64,000 nucleotides of DNA, taken from contig DVOJ01000015.1 of NCBI GenBank assembly GCA_018713725.1, positions 9,402-73,401 on the forward strand, given 5' to 3'. Under the pieces are notes generated by a model. It ran no database searches, was not told where the DNA came from, and saw nothing but the letters and a program-made list of their open reading frames with translations. This document shows, piece by piece, positions 18,932 to 28,900 of the stretch (position 1 is its first letter; each line of letters starts with the position of its first letter). This stretch comes from Candidatus Caccopulliclostridium gallistercoris (lineage in GTDB: Bacteria > Bacillota > Clostridia > Christensenellales > UBA1242). The position numbers were made by a program, and so were the translations under genes.

Positions 18932-20911
18932 TTAAATACCGAGCTTTTCAAATAAAACTTGATTTCTTTTTTTAGCATCATTTAATATTTTGTCATAAGA
19001 TAAAATTTCAAGATATTCATTATTATTCATTCTATAATAACCGAGTCCATCGACTGTTTCAGTCATTCCATATGTTGATATTATTTTACTTTTAAAAGTA
19101 GGAGAGATATCACAAATAACATACATATAAAATTTAGTATTTTCATTTACTTTAATGTATCGTCCATCTTTATCTTTTTTAGTACCAGTCTGAATTTGTG
19201 TTTTATAGTCAATAATTTGATCAATTGGACTATTATATGGAAGATCTTCTCTCATAGGTTTTTTTAATTCAAAAATAACAATATTGTCATAACATGTCCC
19301 ATCATTTTTTGCCTCAGTTAATGCTATACTTCGATCAAAAAACATAATATCAGGACGATCTTCATCCTGCTGATTATTAAACGGAATGTCTGACGAAATA
19401 TAAAAATAATATGATAATTTTTCATCAATTAACCATAAATTTTGTTCATCAAAAGTAATTTTATCATCTGAAGTTTTTTTCATTGGGTATATTAAATTAT
19501 GCATAAAGGACTCTTTAGCATATTTTGAATTATCACTAATAAGCATTCCTTTTTCAAAGAGATCTAAAATAGCTCTTCTATGAATTATATAATCTGCCAG
19601 TCTTGATTTATTTGAATCTGAAATTTTCTCGACCAATGCTTTTATCTTTTCTTCATATTCTTCAATTGAGGTTTGATCAGTAATTGTTTTAACAATTTCA
19701 GTTTTCTCATTATTAATCTCAACTTCAAACTCATTCTTAAGTTTATATAGCTGTTCCTCTAATTTTTCATCACTTAAATTAGACTTAATCCTTTTAAGTT
19801 CATCAGCTTTATACTTTAATAAATGTCTATACTGTGGTGAATGGCAATTAATATAATTTGAAATTCTTTTATTTTTTTGTTCTATTATTGGATCTAAAAA
19901 ATCTTTTAATAATTGCTTAATATATGCACAAATATCATTTAAAATACGCTCCATAGAAATTAATTCCACACCATTAATTATTATGGCCTTTTGTGAAATG
20001 GTTGAAAATTCCAATCTATTGCTATCAACATTTTCATCTAAAAATTTTGAATTAACTACTCCCAAATAATAGCTATTTTCATCTAATTTTAATGACTCAA
20101 TATCACTTATAAAATCTTCTAATTTTATTGTTTTTACACTTCTATTGTTTGCACATAATTCCAAAAAATGTTTATTAATTATAGATCCATCAATCTTTAA
20201 ACTCACTACATTAAACTTTTTATCGAGTATTTGAATATCATCTTCGTTTATTTTATATATTTTAGATTTAAATAAATCATTCAAATTTATTTTTTCTGAA
20301 TCATCTTGAATAATGATTGTTGGACAATTAGAATCTAAAAAATATTTAAGTAAATGCGAAAGTATTTCATTTGCTATTTGATTTAATTTTTTGGGAAAAG
20401 TTTTTTTAAAATCACTTTTCATGTTCATTAAAGTAATAGATGTTTTCAATGATTTATTATTAGAAGAGATAAAATCATTTTCATTTATATTTTTAGTTTC
20501 AGTATTGAACTGAAATTTTCTTTCGAAATAATTATCGTTTTCCAAAAATATACTATGAATATCGACATTATTAAATGCTTTCAACCAAGAGAAACGACCA
20601 ACCCCCTTACCTCCAATGTCGGCTTTATGATCAGTGTCTGATTCCATAAAAGATTTAAAATTATCTTTGTTGAATCCACAGCCATTATCTTCAATATTAA
20701 TTGAATCTATTGGTTCTATTCCATCATTTAGAAATTGTAAATCTCTTATAAATTTAATTGTAATTTTCCCAGAGTAATTCTGATTAATTATTTTTACTTC
20801 ATTAATGGCATGAATAGAGTTTACAATGCTTTCAAATAATGGGATCATTGAGTTATTTGATTGAAGTTGAAAATTTTTGACTCTTCCTTTTAAATTAACA
20901 TTAAAATTCAT
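18932..20911 (-). CDS. GHKL (Bergerat-fold) ATPase with a C-terminal PD-(D/E)XK-like module
   Basis: N box ESIVNSIHA, DNGCGF, GGKGVGRFS. C-terminal RPDIMFFD...IFELKKP. Sits between mod and res. Confidence 0.65.
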   Translation of the reverse strand: MNFNVNLKGRVKNFQLQSNNSMIPLFESIVNSIHAINEVKIINQNYSGKITIKFIRDLQFLNDGIEPIDSINIEDNGCGFNKDNFKSFMESDTDHKADIGGKGVGRFSWLKAFNNVDIHSIFLENDNYFERKFQFNTETKNINENDFISSNNKSLKTSITLMNMKSDFKKTFPKKLNQIANEILSHLLKYFLDSNCPTIIIQDDSEKINLNDLFKSKIYKINEDDIQILDKKFNVVSLKIDGSIINKHFLELCANNRSVKTIKLEDFISDIESLKLDENSYYLGVVNSKFLDENVDSNRLEFSTISQKAIIINGVELISMERILNDICAYIKQLLKDFLDPIIEQKNKRISNYINCHSPQYRHLLKYKADELKRIKSNLSDEKLEEQLYKLKNEFEVEINNEKTEIVKTITDQTSIEEYEEKIKALVEKISDSNKSRLADYIIHRRAILDLFEKGMLISDNSKYAKESFMHNLIYPMKKTSDDKITFDEQNLWLIDEKLSYYFYISSDIPFNNQQDEDRPDIMFFDRSIALTEAKNDGTCYDNIVIFELKKPMREDLPYNSPIDQIIDYKTQIQTGTKKDKDGRYIKVNENTKFYMYVICDISPTFKSKIISTYGMTETVDGLGYYRMNNNEYLEILSYDKILNDAKKRNQVLFEKLGI

Positions 20912-20926
20912 ACAATTTTATTCCTT

Positions 20927-22975
20927 TTATATTATTTTTCTTGTAGTTGATGGGGAATAGGTGTCAAAGATTTGGTCAAAGTTTACTGCAACGCTGTCTG
21001 AAGACATTGAGCTGTCACGGAATACTGCATATAGTGGTTGCATTTTGGCAATCTCGGTTACCACTTCATCAGTTAAGTTTTCATCAAAGCAACACACAAG
21101 ATTGCCATCATTTACATTGAATACTTTTTTACCTTTTATATCAAGTGTTTTAATTTCGCTTGAAAGTATAACGCCCATATCTAGCATAACTTGGAACAAC
21201 AAATCTTCAGGAGATCTATCTTCTTTAATATTACTTACCAAGTCAAGCAGATTTGTTTGTTCAGTATCACTAGGGGAATAATATACATCTTTCATATTGC
21301 TTGAATCAAGTTTTAATACACGGAAGCCAATATCAATAGGGCATTTACCAGAACTTTCTCCAATTTTCTTATCTCTCATATTATTGATTGCTTGAATGGT
21401 GTCAGGATTTGAATTTAATGCATCAATAATTTCTTGTTGTCTATTTGTCAATTCTTGACCCGCTAAGTCCATAGCAATTTTTTGTCCTGCACGACGAATG
21501 CGTTCTTTTCCTATTTCACAAATATTTTTATATCCTGCTTTGTAAGCTTCGCTCTTTTCATCGCATTTTTCAGGAAGCTGAACCATGATGAACTTTCTAT
21601 TGCCACCGTCTTCAGCATTTAGTTGCATAACAGCATGAGCAGTTGTTGCAGAGCCAGAGAAAAAGTCTAAAATAGTTGTATTCTTATCATTTTCTACAAT
21701 TCTATTTAATAATTTTTTAATTAAATACAAGGGTTTTGCATAATCAAACAATCTCATATCAAATAGCTCTCTTAATTCCTGAGAACTTCTATCGTAATTA
21801 ATTTCTTTTTCAATCCAAAAATCTTTACTTTTTGTGGTTGAATCTTTTTCAAGATAAGATTTTTCAAAAATATCGTATTCAAAATTATTATTTCTTTTTA
21901 CTTCTCTACAATACAAAAGACTTTTGTCCTTTTCAACTTTTTGTTTACTCCATCTCCATCGCCCATCAGAGCCATCTTCTAATTTAGGTATAATTTCTAT
22001 ATATCCATCTTTTTTAGTTGTAGAAATATCCTTTGTTTGAATATTGTAATAAATAGGGAAATAAAGAGTTGGTGAATCTTCTCTTTTAGAATCTGCACCT
22101 CTTTTTCTTAATCCCATATCCCTATATCGTTTACCAAATTCGTCTGTTTTATTATAAGTTTTTATTGTTTCGTCGTCTAGAGATTCTCCTAAAACTTTTA
22201 CATTGTTAGCATTTTTTGCATATATTGTAACATACTCACCACTTTCAGCAAAGAATTCACTTGATTGTCTTCCTCTTGGATTTGAAAGAATTTTTAAAAT
22301 TGCAATGCGATTTCTATTTCCAAAAATTTCATCACAAATTTTTATTAAATTAGACTGTTCGTTGTCATCTAAACTTATAGCAACGCAACCATCGTCAGTC
22401 AACAAATCTCTTGCAAGTTTTAATCTTGGGTACATCATTGAAAGCCAGTCAGAGTGGAAACGTCCATTGCTTTCGAGATTTTGTACCATACGATTGCCAT
22501 CTTCGTCATAACTTTTGCTATTTTGAAGATACTCATCGCTAGATGAAGCAAAATCATCATTGTAGACAAAATCATTACCAGTGTTATAAGGTGGATCAAT
22601 GTAAATCATTTTGATTTTATTTAGGTATGTTTCTCTGAGAAGTTTTAAAACATCAAGGTTATCTCCCTCAATGTAAAGGTTTTTTGTGTTGTCAAAATCA
22701 ACACTTTCTTCTCGGCAAGGACGAAGTGTTGCATTGATTGGTGAATTAGCAGTTAGAATTGCTTGCTTTTTACCTGCCCAGTTAAGAGTGTATCTCTCAT
22801 CATTTCCATCGACAACAACTTTGCTAAGTTCCTGTTTAAGCAAATCAAAATCAACAAGTTTAGTAACTTGTCCATTTTCATCTTTACCCTCTGTAACACA
22901 GTTAGGGAATAGCTTTGCTATTTTCTCAACATTTTCATCTACCAAGTTTTCACTCTGCATTTTTAATTTATTCAT
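20927..22975 (-). CDS. mod: Type III Mod DNA methyltransferase (beta-class N6A/N4C)
   Basis: Motif IV IYIDPPYNTGNDF precedes motif I LDFFSGSATTAHA. Size is typical of Mod. Confidence 0.9.
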   Translation of the reverse strand: MNKLKMQSENLVDENVEKIAKLFPNCVTEGKDENGQVTKLVDFDLLKQELSKVVVDGNDERYTLNWAGKKQAILTANSPINATLRPCREESVDFDNTKNLYIEGDNLDVLKLLRETYLNKIKMIYIDPPYNTGNDFVYNDDFASSSDEYLQNSKSYDEDGNRMVQNLESNGRFHSDWLSMMYPRLKLARDLLTDDGCVAISLDDNEQSNLIKICDEIFGNRNRIAILKILSNPRGRQSSEFFAESGEYVTIYAKNANNVKVLGESLDDETIKTYNKTDEFGKRYRDMGLRKRGADSKREDSPTLYFPIYYNIQTKDISTTKKDGYIEIIPKLEDGSDGRWRWSKQKVEKDKSLLYCREVKRNNNFEYDIFEKSYLEKDSTTKSKDFWIEKEINYDRSSQELRELFDMRLFDYAKPLYLIKKLLNRIVENDKNTTILDFFSGSATTAHAVMQLNAEDGGNRKFIMVQLPEKCDEKSEAYKAGYKNICEIGKERIRRAGQKIAMDLAGQELTNRQQEIIDALNSNPDTIQAINNMRDKKIGESSGKCPIDIGFRVLKLDSSNMKDVYYSPSDTEQTNLLDLVSNIKEDRSPEDLLFQVMLDMGVILSSEIKTLDIKGKKVFNVNDGNLVCCFDENLTDEVVTEIAKMQPLYAVFRDSSMSSDSVAVNFDQIFDTYSPSTTRKII

Positions 22976-23410
22976 TTATTTATCTCCTTTTTTATTTGTT
23001 GTTATGGCAATTTTAGTCCCACACTTATTACACTTATAACCATATGTGTTATCTCTAAAAACTCTTCCAGTCATTAAATCCTGCAATCCACTTTCAACAA
23101 CACCAAATAACATAGGAATTTGCTTTCCATGTTCATACAAACAATTTAAACAAAACGGTATTTCTTCTCCATCAAAATCTTTCACATCAGCTAGCGTATA
23201 AAATCCAGAATAAATTTTTGCGTTTCTTTTGATATTTGAAATCTCTTCTGATTCCTTTAATTTTTCTTTTAATTCTTTGTTCTCATCTAATAATTCTAAA
23301 TAATCAGTATATAGATCTTTTAATCTATCGGTTAGTTCTACACTTTGCACCACTTCAGGCAAAGCCAATAATTTTCTAAATTTATCTATTTTCCCCATTT
23401 TTACCTCCAA
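22976..23410 (-). CDS. Unknown coiled-coil plus zinc-ribbon protein
   Basis: 144 aa with a charged helical N-terminus and a C-terminal CLNC...CNKC. Its stop abuts the mod start. Confidence 0.4.
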   Translation of the reverse strand: MEVKMGKIDKFRKLLALPEVVQSVELTDRLKDLYTDYLELLDENKELKEKLKESEEISNIKRNAKIYSGFYTLADVKDFDGEEIPFCLNCLYEHGKQIPMLFGVVESGLQDLMTGRVFRDNTYGYKCNKCGTKIAITTNKKGDK

Positions 23411-23429
23411 CGCAATTTTGTTTAATATT

Positions 23430-24224
23430 TTAATACATATTGTTTATAGATATTTTAATTTGATAGGTGGGCGTAACTACAAGTTTTCCTTTCGTTATAA
23501 TTTTTGTGTTAACAACTTTAGGTTTATTAATTTTTTTTATAATAAAATCATTAAGTGGTATTAATAATAGACTTTTTATACCTTTTAGTAAATTAAATTT
23601 TTCCTCATTGCTGTCTTCCACTAATTCTACTATACATCTTTTATCTTGCGGGCTTGTCACTAATGCAACAGCATCTAATCTTTCTATTTTATTGATTACC
23701 TCGTGGCACATTTCCCCAAAATAAATTTCACCTGCTCTATGATTACATAAAGTATCTAAAATATCTCTTCCACATATGCTACATGTTATATTTGAGAATT
23801 TTGCTTCTATACTACTAAAAACTTTGTAAGGATATAATCTTTCAATTTTTTCAAAATAATTAATTAATTCTTTTATTGATTTTGAACTTTCATATTTTGA
23901 ATATAAATCTATAATGTCAATACAATCTTGCAAACAATTCCACGAGCCTCTAAAATTATCTTTTTTAATTTCTTGCAAAAACTTTGAATACTCGTAGATT
24001 AAACTTATATATAATTTAACAACGAATGTTGAGTTTGCAAAAGTTTCGTTATTTTCTTTTATTGTAAAGTTTTTAATACTTTCCAAGGACTGTATAAGTT
24101 TTTTATAATCTTCTTCAATATTGCAAAAATCTAGTTTATATAAAAGCATACAATACTCATCAAGATCTTTTTTTATCTTCTTAAACTCAGATGACTTTAT
24201 ATTTAGTAAAAATTCTTTAATCAT
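23430..24224 (-). CDS. Unknown protein with a Cys/His cluster
   Basis: CSICG-x8-CNH...CHE. The start at 24224 (GAGG RBS, overlaps the upstream stop) is preferred over the tracked 24272. Confidence 0.4.
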   Translation of the reverse strand: MIKEFLLNIKSSEFKKIKKDLDEYCMLLYKLDFCNIEEDYKKLIQSLESIKNFTIKENNETFANSTFVVKLYISLIYEYSKFLQEIKKDNFRGSWNCLQDCIDIIDLYSKYESSKSIKELINYFEKIERLYPYKVFSSIEAKFSNITCSICGRDILDTLCNHRAGEIYFGEMCHEVINKIERLDAVALVTSPQDKRCIVELVEDSNEEKFNLLKGIKSLLLIPLNDFIIKKINKPKVVNTKIITKGKLVVTPTYQIKISINNMY

Positions 24225-24660
24225 CTTCATCCTCATTAAAAAGCTTATTAACATCTTTAAATGTTTTTTCAAAACTTTCTACAGATCCATTGTAATTTAA
24301 TTCTTTTATTTTGCCTTTATTTTTTACTTTAATCTTCAAATTTATATTTTGTTTTGTTTTATCTTTTTTACCAATTTTATCATAAATAAAATTACTGATT
24401 AAGTTAATAACAACAGGCAATAAAAATGTTTCAGCCAAGTATAACACTGGCAACCAAATAGATGCATCATGTAAAGCGATAATGTCAGGATTACTTTCTA
24501 TAAATTGAATTTTTTTATTTTGCTCTCTTGCATACTTATAGAATTCAATAGAATCTTCAGAAAATAAGCACTCATTTGTATTTGAATTATATCTTATTGG
24601 GAAAATATATATTGTATCAGATTCTTTTGCTTTAGAAATCAATTCTTCTTCTTTATTCAT
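24217..24660 (-). CDS. Unknown protein with one predicted TM helix
   Basis: 147 aa with hydrophobic IWLPVLYLAETFLLPVVINLISNFIY and a Lys-rich C-terminal part. Confidence 0.4.
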   Translation of the reverse strand: MNKEEELISKAKESDTIYIFPIRYNSNTNECLFSEDSIEFYKYAREQNKKIQFIESNPDIIALHDASIWLPVLYLAETFLLPVVINLISNFIYDKIGKKDKTKQNINLKIKVKNKGKIKELNYNGSVESFEKTFKDVNKLFNEDEDD

Positions 24661-25296
24661 TTACACCTCCAACTCTTGCAGTTCTTTTTTCATCTGCTTT
24701 ATCTCGTCATTAAGTTTCATTTTTATATTTGGTTGTTTCTCTGCATTCATTATTTTTGTTTGCTTTTCAATTTCACTTTTTTGTTTTTTGATTGCACTCA
24801 TTCTATCAACATATTGTTTAAAATCCTCATCAATTCTGAAAGGGTATAAGGTAAGTTTTGCGATCATTTGTTTGTAGATATTTTCTAGTTTAACACTGCT
24901 TGGCATATCTTCAAGTTCTTCTTCTTGCCAGTCACTTTCAAAAGTTCTGAGTATCTCAATTTTCTCATCGTCTATGATTTTAACTGCAATTATGTATTTA
25001 ACTTTTTCGTTATACTTTAATGTTAAAAGTGTTTGAAAGTTTATGCTTTTATTAAGTGCTTCAATAAACTTTTCAGGAATTTTGTTTGAGTTAAGTTCTA
25101 TATCAAACACATAAATTTCTTTTACATTGTCACTTGATTCCATATTCGTTCTATCAGGAGATAAGACATTAGATAATGTGACTTTTGTGACATTTCCTGC
25201 ATCTGCTTTAACTACTTTATCTGCCTTTATAGTTCTGAATAGTTCAAGCATTTTGAATTGTATATTAACTTGAGTTTTTTCGCTAAATCTAAACAT
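24661..25296 (-). CDS. DUF4391-like protein
   Basis: Size and sequence pattern (EIYVFDIEL...IPEKFIEALNKSINFQTLLTLKY) match my recollection of DUF4391, a family seen beside SNF2 helicases and methylases. Needs HMM confirmation. Confidence 0.45.
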   Translation of the reverse strand: MFRFSEKTQVNIQFKMLELFRTIKADKVVKADAGNVTKVTLSNVLSPDRTNMESSDNVKEIYVFDIELNSNKIPEKFIEALNKSINFQTLLTLKYNEKVKYIIAVKIIDDEKIEILRTFESDWQEEELEDMPSSVKLENIYKQMIAKLTLYPFRIDEDFKQYVDRMSAIKKQKSEIEKQTKIMNAEKQPNIKMKLNDEIKQMKKELQELEV

Positions 25297-25308
25297 TCAT
25301 TCTCCTAA

Positions 25309-25971
25309 TTATTTTATTTCAGTAACTAAATATTTAAAATCATACTTATAGTCATTCCATTTGAAATTATACGAATTGTTAAATGTCAGTGAAACATCTC
25401 TCCAAGTTCCGTCCACGCAAGATTTATTGTTCGGTTTATACCATGACAATGGTTTTTTTGCAATAATTTCGTCTTTTTCACTGATGCAGAAGTCTTTAAA
25501 TAAGGTATTTCTACTTTGCTTATTTACTACCCAGTAGTTTTTTTCATTTGTTAACATAATAGCAAAACATTTTACACAAGTTTTTAATTTTTTATTAAAT
25601 TCATAAGCTGTATTATCTTTTTTCTTCAATAATTCTAGTCTATGGACATCCCACAGATAATCAAATCTACCTAAATCAGTTGCACCATGATTTAATAGTT
25701 TGACTCCGTTATATTCGCTACTTTTTGTTTTATATTTTAGTTCTATTGCAATAAAGTTTCCATCTTTATCTAAAACAATGATATCGGTATAAAGTCTTTT
25801 TAGTCTATTATTTTTCAAAGTAGTTGCTGTTGTTAATTCTAATTTAACTTTATAGCTTGGATAATTATCTCTTATAAGCTGTGCCAAATCAAATTGAAAC
25901 TGAGCTTCACTTTCAAAAACATCTTCCTGTTTTGCGAGTAATTCCATTAAATGTTTAATATCGATATCCAT
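25309..25971 (-). CDS. PD-(D/E)XK-like nuclease
   Basis: YTDIIVLDKDGNFIAIELKYK fits D-x(n)-E-x-K. Confidence 0.5.
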   Translation of the reverse strand: MDIDIKHLMELLAKQEDVFESEAQFQFDLAQLIRDNYPSYKVKLELTTATTLKNNRLKRLYTDIIVLDKDGNFIAIELKYKTKSSEYNGVKLLNHGATDLGRFDYLWDVHRLELLKKKDNTAYEFNKKLKTCVKCFAIMLTNEKNYWVVNKQSRNTLFKDFCISEKDEIIAKKPLSWYKPNNKSCVDGTWRDVSLTFNNSYNFKWNDYKYDFKYLVTEIK

Positions 25972-25980
25972 TCATTCTCC

Positions 25981-28900
25981 TCATTTGACTACCACAAAGG
26001 CTATAAGCTCAAAGTCGTCAAGTCCTTTTATTTTTGTTCCACTAAGCACCATGCTACCTTGCTTGAAAAGTGCGTTTATATCACTTTGCTCTTTAACCTC
26101 GATTATGCTTTCTATGGCTTTCTCTAATAGTTTACTATATTTTGACATATCAAGTCCATCATTTGTTTCTTCGTTAAAGACACTGCAAACATTGTAAAGT
26201 GGTTCTTTTCTTCCTTTGCAGGCAACACGAATTGAGTCAAGGATTTCCTTAACTTCAAGATGATTATTAACTATTTCTCCCTTTTCGTCAACATAAACTA
26301 GGTAGTAAGGGTGCAAGCGATTTTGCCTGTTTATATTCACATTGTTGTTTTGGTTTTTAAGAATGTAGATGACGCCTGGCACAATGCCACGAGAAGCATC
26401 TTTTTCTATGACGCAGTGCATTCCTTTTGGAACTCGCCTAGGCTCTCCATAAGTTTTGATAAACTCAGTTGCATCCATTCTAAATTCGTTTAATCCAAGA
26501 TCGCTTATAGATATACCACTATTTGTATCTTCAAGGTCAATATTTTCGCCCTCACGAAGCTTTTTGATTTGAACTTCACGGTAATCGTCCATTTGGTCAT
26601 CAGGATTTAAAATATTGTCATCAGCAGTTGCTGTTTGATCGACAATTGTCATTCTGCTTTTAACTCTATCAGTAAGGTTAATATACTCATTTAATGGAAG
26701 TGGTGGCCAAAAATTCACTAATTGTATTACTTTGTTTTTGCTACCAATTCTATCAATACGACCAAATCTCTGCACAATTCTAACTGGATTCCAGTGTATA
26801 TCATAATTTATACACATATCGCAGTCCTGCAAGTTTTGTCCCTCTGAAATACAGTCGGTTGCAATCAAAACATCAATGTCTTTGAAACAATCGTCAAACT
26901 CGTGTTTATCAATTTTCCCACTCCAATTGAGTTTAGGATCGTTATAACTTTCAATTTGTCTATGCATCCAACTGAATACTTGATCTCTGTTTTTACTTAT
27001 TGGGCTAAACATTGTAAGTAGGGTGTTAGTTTTCTTTGGACAATGTCTTAGGGATACTTTGTTCGCTTGTCCCTCGATCATTGCTGATTCTATCCCGTAG
27101 GTGTCTTTTAACCACTTATGCAAGTTCTCATAAAGATAATTTGCAGTGTCAGCGAACGCAGAGAAGATCAGGAACTTTCTATTTCCTGCGTTTATAGGAT
27201 TTTTTATTTTTATATCAATGATTTCCTTTAAGGTTTGAAGCTTTAAGTCATATTCAGGTGTGATTTTGCCAAGTTCATTTATAAGATACTCAAGTATCTC
27301 GACATCGTGTTCCATTGCTTTTTGCCAAGATAACCTATCAATATCAGCATATTCGATGTGAATTTCTTTACCTTTATCGGTTTGCACTAGGTTTAGACTG
27401 CCATCTTCATCTTGGTCAAACATTTCATAGTTAAACACCTTTTTAGTTGCATAGGCATCTGGTCGCATTTGTCCTGCATTGTAGTAGGATAATCTTTTAA
27501 GTTCTGCTCGGTTTAGGTCTAGCATTCCAAGCATAGTAAGTCTGAAAGCCTCGACACTTGATTCAAGTCTTTTTAGCAAGTTTACAGTCATTATACGCTT
27601 AATGCCAGAAGTTCTACCACTGCGAGTTAGTCCACTGTGTTTGATTTCAACATCGTATTTTCTTTCATATTTATCTTTTTGACTATCAAGCACGAAGTCA
27701 AATAGTCCATAGACTGCCATACTTAATGATTTTATTGATTGATAAATCTCTTTATATTGTGGCACATCTTTCCTTTTGGTAAGTTCAGGAGAACAAGAGA
27801 CTGGTGAAAGTCTATCAGGGAACTTGCCAATATCGTTCATATTGTAATATTTGGCAATATTCTTACGACTTCTTGCAATAGTAACACTATCAAGTAGAAT
27901 TTTAAAATCTATGCTTAACGCATCGATTAAATCTTTGTTTTTTCGTTCATTTGGTGGTCGTTTGCTCCAATCATTGAATACTGCTTGAGCTTGTCTAAAA
28001 ATTGTTGCGATGTTGCTTTTTGTGTCCAAGCTATTCTCAAATGCATCGTAATCTTGGCTATATGCAATTGCAAGTTGGTTTTTAAGGTCGTTATACCTAT
28101 TGTTTACAGGAGTAGCAGAAAGCATCAAAACTTTTGTTTTGACACCTGCTTTAATTACATGATTGATAAGGAAGTCATATCTTGTTTCTTTGTCTTTAAC
28201 AGGGTTATTGTTTCTAAAATTATGGCTTTCATCAATCACAACTAGGTCATAGTTTCCCCAGTTAACAAGCTTTAAATCTCTGCCATTATGTGCTGTCCCG
28301 ACACGACCTAAGTCTGTGTGATATAGCACCTCATATCTAATTCTATCCTCATAGAAAATATTTGTGGTATCATTACTGCTACCACAGTATTGTGTCCAGT
28401 TATCACTTAATCTCTTTGGACATAACACCAATATGCTTTTGTTTCTAAGCGAATAATAGGCAATAACAGCAAGTGCAGTAAAGGTTTTACCAAGACCAAC
28501 ACTGTCTGCTAGAATACAGCCATTGTGTTTTTCTAGTTTGTTTATTATGCTAATAACTCCATCCTTTTGGAAGTCATACAACATATTCCAAATTTTAGTG
28601 TCCTTAAAGCCTGTTGCCTCGTTAGGCATATTGTCTTCACTAATATCATCAAGAAATTCGCTAAAAATGTTATATAAAATTATGTAATAGATAAACTCAG
28701 GACTATTTTCTTGATAGGCACTGCTTATCATCTCCACCACATTGTCAGTTATTTCTTCAACTTTCGATTTGTCGTTCCAAACCTCGTCAAACATTGAAAA
28801 TAGGAATTTGCTTTGTTCTGCAAAGTCCGTTTTGCTTATTGCTGTAAATATACTATTTCCTTGTTGATAACCTAAGTCTGTAGTTGTAAAACCGTTGACT

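Noticed and set aside
16439-18975. Plus-strand ORFs inside res (16439, 16714, 17086, 17207, 17747, 18119, 18187, 18451)
   Set aside because: They are antisense to a gene with clear helicase motifs and have hydrophobic low-complexity translations typical of AT-rich antisense frames. The same reasoning applies to antisense ORFs inside the VirB6-like, mod, SNF2, integrase, MetRS and other long genes.
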